The notes under the pieces were generated by a model, which was not told the DNA's origin, did no database searches, and was given only the letters and a program-made list of their open reading frames with translations. DNA of 59,307 nucleotides, from IMG/VR virus record IMGVR_UViG_3300037722_000284, positions 1 through 59,307 of that record; one strand, given 5' to 3'. Each line of letters starts with the position of its first letter. Within the stretch, counting starts at the first letter, position 1. This DNA is from a virus. Lineage: Duplodnaviria; Caudoviricetes. Positions 1-8,987 of the stretch are shown here, piece by piece. Made by a program: the position numbers and the translations under genes.

Positions 1-104
1 GACTCGCGGTGGCATCGAGCGAACCTAAATGCCGCCTTTGCTGTTGTGTGCCTGACTTTGGCAACCGGCTGGCCGTTCAACTGATCTAGTTCGCGATTTC
101 CCAC
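1..104. repeat. Terminal direct repeat, left copy (circular assembly overlap or genome terminal repeat)
   Basis: 1-104 is identical to 59204-59307. Confidence 0.97.
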
Positions 105-163
105 CCCTAGTCCCCACCCCCTAGCCTTCTTCTGTCCATCCCCCCTAGACCCAGGAGGATTCC

Positions 164-751
164 ATGCGCCCCAAACGTCCTCTGTCCCCCAAACATTTCG
201 CCAACTTCGCGATTTCCGTCCTTATCTTGTGCGCTGCCCTCTGGTTCATCCTCGTGCTCGGGACTCGGCCAGCGAGCGCCCATCCGCATGACGAGCTAAT
301 CGCTTGGCAGAACGCGTGGGTGGGGGAGGTCATGGCCGAAGGTGGGCTCACCCCCGAGATGGTCGAAGCCTGGGTCCACATGCGGGAAGCACACGGGTGC
401 GACTGGCCGAGAGCGAACTGTGTGTTCGTTCAGCCGCAAGCGAGGTCAGTCACTCCCCCGAGCGACCAGACTCACTCATACGATGTCGAGCAGTGGCGCC
501 CGTTGGTCGAGTCCTACTTCCAACCCGCGGACGTACCCTGGGCGATGCGTGTCATGGCGTGTGAGTCGAGAGGGGATCCGTATGCGAAGAATCCTCGCTC
601 AACCGCGTCTGGCCTTTTCCAAATGGTGCGTTATTGGTGGTCAGGGGCATCCGCGTATCCAGCGTTCGACCCGTTCAACCCGGAGGCGAATATCCGCGCT
701 GCTGCCTGGCTGTTCTACGAAGAGGGAGCTTCTCAATGGGTCTGCCGATGA
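164..751 (+). CDS. Secreted/membrane-anchored lytic transglycosylase (SLT domain)
   Basis: N-terminal hydrophobic segment ending ASA; catalytic CES motif (VMACESRG), ASGLFQ, NPEANIRAA; AGGAGG RBS. Confidence 0.85.
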   Translation: MRPKRPLSPKHFANFAISVLILCAALWFILVLGTRPASAHPHDELIAWQNAWVGEVMAEGGLTPEMVEAWVHMREAHGCDWPRANCVFVQPQARSVTPPSDQTHSYDVEQWRPLVESYFQPADVPWAMRVMACESRGDPYAKNPRSTASGLFQMVRYWWSGASAYPAFDPFNPEANIRAAAWLFYEEGASQWVCR

Positions 752-779
752 GCCAGATACCCAGAACCCCTATCCGACC

Positions 780-2231
780 TCAATATTCGTCCACCTGATC
801 GTCCCCGCTCATCGCCTCAACCACCCGCAGAATCTCATAGCCACCACTCAACCCGTCCACCTGATCGTCATGCACGTCTTTCAGCCCGAAGACTCTCAAC
901 TCATCCAAGAATGCTTCGTTCCACCCCCCCGCCAGGATGAACACTTTCCCTTCCCTCGCTCTTGCCGCGACCGGCTTCGCCCTCGTAGCCTTGTCCCCTG
1001 ATGGGATCAGACGCATGACTCGATGACCGTCGAGAACACTCGCTCGGTAGTGCGCCACCACGGTCTTGCCGCTCGCGCCCCTCTCCTGCTCGATCGACTG
1101 CACCGTCGAGGATCCATCCAAGGTCGCGGTCGCCCGGACCAGTTCTTCCACGCCGCCAGGGTCGCGCCGATCCCGCGCGACGTGTTCAACTATCCAGTAC
1201 GGCGGCGGCGGTAGCGAATGGCCCCCGGCGCGGAACTTCTCAACCATCGCGTCGCTCAACCTCGACCACTTGGACAGCTTCACCCCGGCAGTCCAGTCAG
1301 GATCCGGGTTGTCGTCGGTCGCCTTCGTCGCAGCGAAGTCCCAATGCCGGACCGTCGAAATCAGGTAGCTCCGATGTGGTAGCTCGCTTCGGTCGAGAAT
1401 CATCATCTCGTCCGGCTCGAAGAACCCACCGACTGATTCCGCGTCCCAGTCGCCCTTTCTCAGTTGCAGGAACGTGGTGGTCGAAAGTTCGCTCAGCGAT
1501 TGCTCATACACGTTGATGTCCAAGAACGGGTTGTCCTCGATGAACGCCGGGATGAACAGCCGGTTCGGATTGTCTTTCACCCCGACTGGCAGCCCGAACC
1601 GTTTCTTGACCCACAGATGCCCGCGCCCGCCAGGGTTGCTTGCGCCCCTCATCCTGATCGGCACGTTCGAGCCCAAGAGCCTTCTCAACCGCGAAAACAT
1701 ATACGTGTATTGCTCTTGGGAAAACTGGGTCAGTTCGTCAAACCCGATGAACTGGAACTCGGCGGACTGGTACCGCTTCTCGTCCCCGTCGTGCTCCATG
1801 TAGCCGAATTGGAGTGACGCGCCGGTCGAGAACCGCCAGACCTTTCCTTCGCCGTCCCAGGCTGCCTCCTTGTTCCCGTCCCACCATTGGTGTGACCGAT
1901 GCATCAGCGCGCCAGGGAGCGCGAGATCTCGGTACGTGCGGCGAAAGATCATCGCTGAATATCCAGGCACGTCGAGATATTGGGACGCGGCGCGAAGAAC
2001 CCCTTCGCTTTTCCCGCCCCCCGCCGCGCCCCCGTACAGGATCTCCAACACGTCGTCGAGCAAACAGAACGTCTGCTGTTTGACGTTGCGAACCCCAGTC
2101 TCGGGATTCACGAACCCAGTTTGGATGAACCTATTCGTCCTCGGGGTCAGCGACCGCGCGATACGGGATCGCTCGGCTTCCGACATCGACGACAACAGGG
2201 TCCGGTAGTCCGCGGTCCCTAATGACGGCAT
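780..2231 (-). CDS. terL: Terminase large subunit
   Basis: Walker A GGAAGGGKS, Walker B FIGFDELTQF, SNPGG, WDFA nuclease motif, HDDQVD; start may be 2186. Confidence 0.95.
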   Translation of the reverse strand: MPSLGTADYRTLLSSMSEAERSRIARSLTPRTNRFIQTGFVNPETGVRNVKQQTFCLLDDVLEILYGGAAGGGKSEGVLRAASQYLDVPGYSAMIFRRTYRDLALPGALMHRSHQWWDGNKEAAWDGEGKVWRFSTGASLQFGYMEHDGDEKRYQSAEFQFIGFDELTQFSQEQYTYMFSRLRRLLGSNVPIRMRGASNPGGRGHLWVKKRFGLPVGVKDNPNRLFIPAFIEDNPFLDINVYEQSLSELSTTTFLQLRKGDWDAESVGGFFEPDEMMILDRSELPHRSYLISTVRHWDFAATKATDDNPDPDWTAGVKLSKWSRLSDAMVEKFRAGGHSLPPPPYWIVEHVARDRRDPGGVEELVRATATLDGSSTVQSIEQERGASGKTVVAHYRASVLDGHRVMRLIPSGDKATRAKPVAARAREGKVFILAGGWNEAFLDELRVFGLKDVHDDQVDGLSGGYEILRVVEAMSGDDQVDEY

Positions 2232-2910
2232 TCAAGTTTCCTATCATTTCAGCCAACTCGTCGGTCGTCTGGATTATCACTTCATGCGACGAGACAGTCT
2301 GGTTCTGCGTGATCTCGGTCGGCATTCCGATAGCCAACCTCTCCGCGTTCATGAGAGCAGGGATCGCGCGTGCCGCGTCGCGCATGTACCGGTACAACTC
2401 TTTGGCGCCCAGCGCGGACAGTTCTTCCAGCATGGAGGCACCTTTCGCTTCCGCCGCCTCGAACGCCATCGCCAGTTGCTTGATCCCTTTGGCCGCGATG
2501 TCTCCATGCCTCGATGCCATCTCCATCGTCTTCTCAGCGATCGTCGCAGACCAGATCCGCTGCCTCCACTGGTCATACGCGCGGGCTCGTGCATTCCAGT
2601 CAAAGTCGGATCCCACCTTTCGCACATACGTTCCAGTCACGGCCATCTTGTCCGCGACCTCTTGCTTCGTCCGTCCCATCCCGAGAGACAAAAACGCGGT
2701 GAACAGTTCGTACTGCCGGTCTGTCTCCCCGTCGATCTGGTACCAGGCTTCGTTCTCGCCGGTTGAGTCAATCGCCTTCTGGGATACCTCGCGCCCGAAC
2801 TCGACCTCATCCCACGTCCCGATCTCGAAACCCTCAACGTCTACTTCAACTTCACGGTCAAAGTCGTCGACCGCGTCGATCACGGTCCTGAAGCTCGATG
2901 TCTTTCTCAC
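2131..2910 (-). CDS. terS: Probable terminase small subunit
   Basis: Directly upstream of terL; GET..YELF, HTH-like segment, WNARARAYD pattern. Confidence 0.7.
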   Translation of the reverse strand: MRKTSSFRTVIDAVDDFDREVEVDVEGFEIGTWDEVEFGREVSQKAIDSTGENEAWYQIDGETDRQYELFTAFLSLGMGRTKQEVADKMAVTGTYVRKVGSDFDWNARARAYDQWRQRIWSATIAEKTMEMASRHGDIAAKGIKQLAMAFEAAEAKGASMLEELSALGAKELYRYMRDAARAIPALMNAERLAIGMPTEITQNQTVSSHEVIIQTTDELAEMIGNLNAVIRDRGLPDPVVVDVGSRAIPYRAVADPEDE

Positions 2911-2917
2911 GGTCGAG

Positions 2918-2940
2918 ATGATAGGCCCGAACGAGTAGAG
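2918..2940 (-). promoter_or_regulatory. Leaderless promoter of terS with CTCTACTCG element
   Basis: Minus strand reads CTCTACTCG-N8-TATCAT-N7-GTG start. Confidence 0.6.
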
Positions 2941-2969
2941 TTATCTTGACACCGAGTGAGAGGAACCCC

Positions 2970-3173
2970 ATGGCCCGCAGTCGCATCTATCCGCGCATCT
3001 ACTCGTTCTGGATCAAATGGCGCCAACGACTCCTGCTCGCCAAGCGCGCCCTCAAAGGTCAGCCTGTGCTCGCGGTCCCCTCGGGAGGCGTCGTGGACGG
3101 GGTCACGGTCTACGGGGGCGTTTGGCTCGACCTGGGGTCCAGGTTCGAGAACAACACCATCCGCGTTGAGTGA
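2970..3173 (+). CDS. Hypothetical protein
   Basis: GAGAGG RBS before ATG 2970; first gene of the structural operon. Confidence 0.6.
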   Translation: MARSRIYPRIYSFWIKWRQRLLLAKRALKGQPVLAVPSGGVVDGVTVYGGVWLDLGSRFENNTIRVE

Positions 3174-3174
3174 G

Positions 3175-3492
3175 ATGTCAGCCGACTACCAGCCCGACCA
3201 TTTCCTCAACCCGGCGCCCCCGATCTGGCAGAACCGCGTCCGCTGTTTCGTCTTCTCCCATGATTGGACCCTCTACGCGTTCAACCATTGGACCCTGCAA
3301 GCGGACCTGATCTGCGTCGCCTGCTCTCGGACGATCACCTTCGACCTCGCTAGTCTCACGCCTGAAATACAGGAGGTCGGTTCGGTGGAAGAATTGATTG
3401 CGCCCCCGAACGGACCCGAGCGGATCGATCCCGGCGACCTTCATCGCCGAGCAAGGTTCGTCCCCGAAGACGCGACCGTTGAGGAACACTGA
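3175..3492 (+). CDS. Hypothetical protein (Cys/His-containing)
   Basis: ATG just after the previous stop; TGATG coupling to portal. Confidence 0.6.
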   Translation: MSADYQPDHFLNPAPPIWQNRVRCFVFSHDWTLYAFNHWTLQADLICVACSRTITFDLASLTPEIQEVGSVEELIAPPNGPERIDPGDLHRRARFVPEDATVEEH

Positions 3493-5087
3493 TGGCAACG
3501 ATCCTTCCCGCTAGCGCGTTCTCGCATCGTGTCCCCAATGATCTCGAACTGATCCGCCAGATCGTCCAGCACGAGGTCCAATACTTCTCGATGGAGAAGG
3601 GCGACCTTGAAATGTACCGCGACTACTACGAGGGCGAGCAGTTGCTCGTCTACGGATCCGAGAAGTTCAAATCCACTTTCGGTGACGACTTCAAGGGCTT
3701 CAAAGACAACTGGTGCGGGGTGGTGGTTGACGCGCTGGTCGACAAACTCGAAGTCGAGCATTTCGCCATCCGCGAGGACCAGGGTGAAGGGTCGTCCTCT
3801 CCCGAGTCAACCAACTCGACTCTCAACGACAAGTTTCAGCGCGCCCTCGAACTTTCCAATTTCGACTTCCAGCAGGACGAGCTACACGAATACTCGGTCG
3901 CCCAGGGACGCGGCTTCATGGTGGTTTGGCCGAACCCGATAACCGGATTCGATCTTCATTGGAACCCTGCGGAAATCATGCGGATCACCTACACGAACTA
4001 CGACCCGTTCACCCCCGCGTACGCGGTGAAGCGTTGGCAGGACGAATCGGGGGAGATTCTCGTCACGGTTTACACCGCGGATTTCGTCTACAAGTTCACC
4101 GAGTCGGCCGCGAGGCAAATCCTCCCGATCAACGACCGATATGGAATCATGTCGACCATTCCCGATAGCTCCGGTGTTGGGGGTTCTCTGGTCGAGCGGC
4201 GCGCCATCGACCCGCACACGAACCAGCCTGAACCGTGGCCGCTGCCCAACCCGCTCGGCGTCGTCCCGGTCGTCGAGTTCGCCAACAAGCGAGGTAGCGA
4301 GCTTTCCGACGTGATCCCCCAGCAGGACGCGGTCAACTACATCTTGATTTCCACTCTCGTCGCCGGGGAGTTCGCGGCCTTCCCCCAACGGGTTTTCTAT
4401 ACGCACGCGAAGGCACCCGCGGACGGATTCGATCATTCTCCGGGGAAAGTCTGGCGGTTCCCGATCGGGTTTGACGCGGAAGGAAAGCCGCTCCCGTTCC
4501 AGACCCACGAGTTCCGGCCCGCGACCTTGGGGGACTTCCGCCAGATCCACGACATGATGCTGCAAGACATGGCTTTGACCTCGAAAACCCCGGTGCGGTA
4601 TTTCATGCAGTCCGACCGTGGTGGACGCGGGGACGCGCCCAGCGGTGATTCCCTCATCGTCGACGACCAGCCATTGCTCGACAAGGTGGAAGACCGACAA
4701 GTCAGATTCGGGGTCGGGTACAAGCGACTGGCGCGGGTCGCCGCCCTCGCGTTGTCGAACACCAAGGCGACCAACGGACTACTCCCCCCAGTGATCGCAG
4801 ACGTACAGTGGAAGGATCGGCGCGCCGACTTCCGCTCCGTCCTGCTCGAAGACGGGTTGAAGATGAAGGAGATCGGCCTGCCCTTGTCCGTCATCATCAA
4901 GAAGCTCGGTCTGGGCCGCGACGAGGTCGCCGAACTGGAATCCATGATCGAGTCCGGCCAAATCCAAGACCTCCCGACGAAGTCTGTCCGCGTGATCGGG
5001 GACGAGGGGACGAGCGAGCCCGAGCCTGAGCCAGTCAGTCCTCCCGCCTCATCCGCGTCATCCGCTCCCTCTAATCGTGTAGACTGA
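3492..5087 (+). CDS. Portal protein (SPP1 gp6-like)
   Basis: YRDYYEGEQ, NWCGVVVDALVDKL, NPLGVVPVVEFAN, SELSDVIPQQDAVN, APSGDSL motifs; size and position. Confidence 0.92.
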   Translation: MATILPASAFSHRVPNDLELIRQIVQHEVQYFSMEKGDLEMYRDYYEGEQLLVYGSEKFKSTFGDDFKGFKDNWCGVVVDALVDKLEVEHFAIREDQGEGSSSPESTNSTLNDKFQRALELSNFDFQQDELHEYSVAQGRGFMVVWPNPITGFDLHWNPAEIMRITYTNYDPFTPAYAVKRWQDESGEILVTVYTADFVYKFTESAARQILPINDRYGIMSTIPDSSGVGGSLVERRAIDPHTNQPEPWPLPNPLGVVPVVEFANKRGSELSDVIPQQDAVNYILISTLVAGEFAAFPQRVFYTHAKAPADGFDHSPGKVWRFPIGFDAEGKPLPFQTHEFRPATLGDFRQIHDMMLQDMALTSKTPVRYFMQSDRGGRGDAPSGDSLIVDDQPLLDKVEDRQVRFGVGYKRLARVAALALSNTKATNGLLPPVIADVQWKDRRADFRSVLLEDGLKMKEIGLPLSVIIKKLGLGRDEVAELESMIESGQIQDLPTKSVRVIGDEGTSEPEPEPVSPPASSASSAPSNRVD

Positions 5088-5122
5088 CTCGCGGTCACCC
5101 TGGACAAGTGGCTGCTCAATCG

Positions 5123-5161
5123 GCCCCCCTGGAAGTCTCATCTCCTTCCAGGGGGGCTTTT
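5123..5161 (+). terminator. Rho-independent terminator after portal
   Basis: GCCCCCCTGGAAG/CTTCCAGGGGGGC stem followed by TTTT. Confidence 0.8.
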
Positions 5162-5238
5162 CGTTACCCAAACTACCGACTCGTTTCAACTTCCCTCTAT
5201 GCTCGATACCAGCACGAATAGACCCAGGAGGTTGTGCG

Positions 5239-5898
5239 ATGTACGGGAACAAAGGGATGGTCGACTCCAAGGCTCGGATCGAGAGGATCCGGCGCCTGTG
5301 GCTGTTCGGTAGCGAAGGCGAGTCGGGGACAGGGACGAACCCGCCCTCAGTTGACCCGCCAGCCACCGATCCGCCTGCTACTGATCCGCCCGCCCCAGTT
5401 GACCCGCCCGAACCGGACACGTTCGACCGGGCGTATGTCACCAAGATCCGAGAAGAGGCCGCGGCCAACCGCGTCAAGGCCAAAGAACTCGAAGCCAAGC
5501 TGAAGGAATACGAGGACCGTGACCTCAGCGAAATTGACAAGGCGAAGAAGGACGCCGAGGCAGCCGCAGCAGAACGCGACGGCCTGCGTGCCGAGTTGGT
5601 CGAGACAAGGCGCGAGAGTCTCGTTCACAAGGTGGCCGCTGAACTGAAGTTCAACGACCCGTACGACGCCCTCGCCCTACTCCCCGCCCTCGAACCCGGT
5701 GACGACGGACTCCCGTCCGAACGCGCCGTCAAAGGTGCGCTCGAAACGATCCTGAAAGCCAAGCCGTACCTCGCGGCCGTTCAATCCCCTGGTGGGGGCG
5801 ACGGCAACTTCCGAGGAAACCCACCGCCTCCGAGCGATGAACGCGCGAAGGCACTCGAAGAGGAATTCCAACGAAAGGGTGGCGTGCGAGTCAGCTAG
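5239..5898 (+). CDS. Capsid scaffolding protein
   Basis: Pro-rich N-region, YVTKIREEAAANR coiled coil, KAKPYL; lies between portal and capsid. Confidence 0.88.
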   Translation: MYGNKGMVDSKARIERIRRLWLFGSEGESGTGTNPPSVDPPATDPPATDPPAPVDPPEPDTFDRAYVTKIREEAAANRVKAKELEAKLKEYEDRDLSEIDKAKKDAEAAAAERDGLRAELVETRRESLVHKVAAELKFNDPYDALALLPALEPGDDGLPSERAVKGALETILKAKPYLAAVQSPGGGDGNFRGNPPPPSDERAKALEEEFQRKGGVRVS

Positions 5899-5988
5899 GA
5901 GAACAGATTCCCTAACCCTCGTGTATAGGTCGAGGGTCGGGTTCGGCTACTCTCCCAATCGACATACCCGCTCCCAGGAGGACACCAA

Positions 5989-6426
5989 ATGTCATATATC
6001 AGCGAAGCCCCCATCGGTGGCAAGTTTCGCGCCGTGGCCCACGCGGACCTGGACACGGATCCGGGTTTGTGGGGAGATGCCGACCTTCTTTGTGTCCAGG
6101 TGGGCGCAGCGGGAACGCTCGAAGCCGCGTCCGCGACCGTCTGCCACGGTGTCATTTGGACCCGTGAGGGTCGCAAGGGCGGCACCGACGACAATCTCAT
6201 CATCGGCGGTCGGACCTACACGGTCCTGACCCGCGGCATTCTCTCGGAGATGGAAGTGGGCGCCTCGCCTGCTCTCGCCGCTGGCGATCAGGTCTACGCA
6301 GCCGCATCCGGCGATGTCGTTGTCGGTGGCGCAGGCGCAGGCGCAGGTGCCAAGTACATCGGCGTAATGGTCAACGACTCTACGCTCGTGCTCGACATCG
6401 GCCTCGGCGCAGACGGCACCGTGTAA
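5989..6426 (+). CDS. Capsid decoration/cement protein (probable)
   Basis: Small Gly/Ala-rich beta protein with AGDQVYAAASG directly upstream of MCP; AGGAGG RBS. Confidence 0.65.
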   Translation: MSYISEAPIGGKFRAVAHADLDTDPGLWGDADLLCVQVGAAGTLEAASATVCHGVIWTREGRKGGTDDNLIIGGRTYTVLTRGILSEMEVGASPALAAGDQVYAAASGDVVVGGAGAGAGAKYIGVMVNDSTLVLDIGLGADGTV

Positions 6427-6448
6427 TCGACCCCGAAGGAGGACAACC

Positions 6449-7675
6449 ATGACCAAGACTCTCACGAGAGCCTCCATCGCGGAGGTTGCTCGCAATGCGA
6501 CAGAAATGTTCGCAACCGCCAAGGCAGTGAACGACGCGCGTCTCGCGCGGATGAACTCGCTGCGCCTGTCCGGTTCGGACCTCGCCCACCTGGCGCTGTA
6601 CGGCTCGGACGTGATCGGGGAAGCCCCCGCGGGTTACCACTCACGCGTCGATGCCATCGACCACGTTCCCGGTTCCCGACTGACCCGCGACGGTCAGCCG
6701 ATCTCCGAGATCTGGAACGAGATGCAGCAGCGGAACAACCTGTTCAACCAGCACACGTCGTTTGTCGTGTCGCTGCTCACCTTCTCGGTGACGCGACCGA
6801 CCGACAAGGTGGGCGTGTATTCACGCGCCAAGTTCGAGCAGGCGACTGAGTTCGGTCGTCCGTCGAAGATCCGTCTGGCCTACCAGACGCGCGGCTTCCC
6901 GCTCGATCACTTCGACCTGGGATACGGCTTCACCGTCGAATTCCTCGACGATGCGGACAGCCGCCAGATCACGCAGATGGCCGCACAGGCGGAATCCGCG
7001 TACTGGGATCTTCAGTACGAGACCGCGTTGCTTGCCCTGTTCGAGAACGTCAACGCGACGGACAAGGACGGCGTGTCCGTGTCGCGCCTCTACAACAACG
7101 ACGGCGAGGTTCCCCCCGCCTACAAGCGTTGGGAGCACGACGGAACCCACACGCACTACGCGGTGGGCGCGACCCTGACCGAAGCGGTGCTGAACTCGCT
7201 GGAAGAGCACCTGATCCATCACGGGTATGGGGACAACGGGGAAACCCTCGTCCTGCACATCCACCGGGATCAGGTGGCGACAGTCCAGGCGCTCGCCAAG
7301 TTCGTCCCTGCGTCCGAGGCAACGCGGCCTTCGATCATCGACGGTCCAGTGCGCGGCCAGGAGCGTTCGGCTCCCTCCGGGCTCGAAATCGTCGGCTACC
7401 ACAACAAGCTCGTGATCGTCGAGAACAATATGATCCCGACCGGATACATCGTTCTCGTCGCATCCGGTGGGGCACTCTCGGCCCAGAACGTGATCGGACT
7501 GCGTCAGCACGAGAACCCGTCAGCGCGGGGTCTCAGGTTGATCGAGGGTGGCCGGACGGAGTACCCGCTGGTCGACTCGGTCTACGACTGCTACATGGGT
7601 GCCGGTGTCCGGCATCGTGGAGCAGCCGCAGTGTTCCAGATCACGGCTGGTGCCTACGAGGTTCCCGAGATCTAA
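6449..7675 (+). CDS. Major capsid protein
   Basis: 408 aa, strong RBS, follows scaffold and decoration genes, followed by a hairpin terminator. Confidence 0.85.
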   Translation: MTKTLTRASIAEVARNATEMFATAKAVNDARLARMNSLRLSGSDLAHLALYGSDVIGEAPAGYHSRVDAIDHVPGSRLTRDGQPISEIWNEMQQRNNLFNQHTSFVVSLLTFSVTRPTDKVGVYSRAKFEQATEFGRPSKIRLAYQTRGFPLDHFDLGYGFTVEFLDDADSRQITQMAAQAESAYWDLQYETALLALFENVNATDKDGVSVSRLYNNDGEVPPAYKRWEHDGTHTHYAVGATLTEAVLNSLEEHLIHHGYGDNGETLVLHIHRDQVATVQALAKFVPASEATRPSIIDGPVRGQERSAPSGLEIVGYHNKLVIVENNMIPTGYIVLVASGGALSAQNVIGLRQHENPSARGLRLIEGGRTEYPLVDSVYDCYMGAGVRHRGAAAVFQITAGAYEVPEI

Positions 7676-7726
7676 GTGAGGTAAGCTGAAACCGGCCCCT
7701 GTAAGAGACCGGCCTCGGCGTGACAG

Positions 7727-7763
7727 GCAAAGGGGAGAGGGACCACCAACCTCTCCCCTTTGC
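7727..7763 (+). terminator. Hairpin terminator after MCP
   Basis: GCAAAGGGGAGAGG/CCTCTCCCCTTTGC 14-bp stem. Confidence 0.75.
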
Positions 7764-7808
7764 TATGCCTACTCGGGTATGCTGGACCCCACCACCCGAA
7801 AGGATCCC

Positions 7809-8168
7809 ATGCCGAACCTCTCCGACTCTGATCGTCATGCGATTGGCCTGCGCATCCGCGACCTTCGCAGGACAGGCAAACCGTTCGAGGCGGAAGCTCT
7901 CGAAGGCGCGCTCAGGAACGACGAGAACCCGCCTGCGAGCTTGATGGGCAAAGGCAAGTTCAAGCCCGAGAAGTCGATCAATGTCCCGCTCGCTGATCTG
8001 GTCATTCCCCCCAGGAGTGGGCGTGGGTCAGGCAAGAACGCGTGGGCGGAACTCGCGCTCACTGTCATGGACGTAGAGCCCCAAGTGATCGAAGCCCTGT
8101 CGCGCGACGAGGTCATTGATCTGCTCGAAGCACGCGGGATCATCGGCCCGGAAGACGAGGACGAGTGA
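7809..8168 (+). CDS. Hypothetical protein (post-capsid, possible small nucleic-acid-binding domain)
   Basis: AAGGA RBS; PPRSGRGSGKNAWAELA...SRDEVID pattern. Confidence 0.65.
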   Translation: MPNLSDSDRHAIGLRIRDLRRTGKPFEAEALEGALRNDENPPASLMGKGKFKPEKSINVPLADLVIPPRSGRGSGKNAWAELALTVMDVEPQVIEALSRDEVIDLLEARGIIGPEDEDE

Positions 8169-8248
8169 TTCGGGCGATAGCACCCTGTTCGCCTAGGGTT
8201 TCCCCCGCTTCTGTCACTACCATCGGCACCGACTCATAGGAGGGTCTT

Positions 8249-8788
8249 ATGCGAAATCTCAGTCAACTGACACGTAGGGCCGTCTCCGATGTGCTCGGCG
8301 TGCATGGCAACATCATCGCGCTGGTCAGGAACGAGGAAACGGGCTTCCTCCGCGTCTACCAGACGCACAATATCGTGACCGATGCGGGCGACATCTACTA
8401 CGCCCAATCCGCTGCCGGTGAAGCCGTCACCAACGCGTTCGACACCTTGTGGCTTGGTGATGGTGGTTCGGCCCCCGCCAAGGGCAACGACTCCGACGAC
8501 ATCACCCTGATCGCTTCGTCTGCGAAGCTGGTCAAGGCGACCTACCCGCTGACCGACGATGGGGACGCCGACAACACGGGTGCTGCTGCCGATGTCCTCA
8601 CCTGGACGTTCGAGTACGCGGCAGGCGACTTCAACCATGCTGCCATCACGGACGGCATGATCGGTGTCGGCGCCCACGGTGCTGCCGAACCCGCCCTCAC
8701 CCATTTCGAGTTCTCGGGTGGCGCGTTCGAGAAGACCGCATCGGACACTCTGAAGGTGATTGTCAACCACACATTCAACGGCGTCTGA
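8249..8788 (+). CDS. Virion structural protein, probable fibre/collar subunit
   Basis: AGGAGG RBS; beta-rich, HNIVTDAG...EKTASDTLKV pattern. Confidence 0.6.
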   Translation: MRNLSQLTRRAVSDVLGVHGNIIALVRNEETGFLRVYQTHNIVTDAGDIYYAQSAAGEAVTNAFDTLWLGDGGSAPAKGNDSDDITLIASSAKLVKATYPLTDDGDADNTGAAADVLTWTFEYAAGDFNHAAITDGMIGVGAHGAAEPALTHFEFSGGAFEKTASDTLKVIVNHTFNGV

Positions 8789-8801
8789 TAGGACTATCCC
8801 G

Positions 8802-8984
8802 ATGCCGAACGAACGGCTAGGGGCGCAAGAGAGGGTCACGGCCATTGTTGGTAGTGACCCTCTTTCTCGTCACCAAACCAAACGATGCTGCGTGGAGCGG
8901 TGTTGGCGGAAGACGTACTTCGATCACGTCATGAACTTCTCGTCTAGGTTCTGTCTGAAGCACACACCGAAGAGGAGGGAGTGA
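8802..8984 (+). CDS. Small Cys-rich hypothetical protein
   Basis: CCVERC...FCLKH; fills the gap between structural genes. Confidence 0.45.
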   Translation: MPNERLGAQERVTAIVGSDPLSRHQTKRCCVERCWRKTYFDHVMNFSSRFCLKHTPKRRE

Positions 8985-8987
8985 GCC

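Noticed and set aside
780-2231. Intein or intron in terminase or helicase
   Set aside because: Lengths and motif spacing are normal; no intein splice or homing-endonuclease motifs seen
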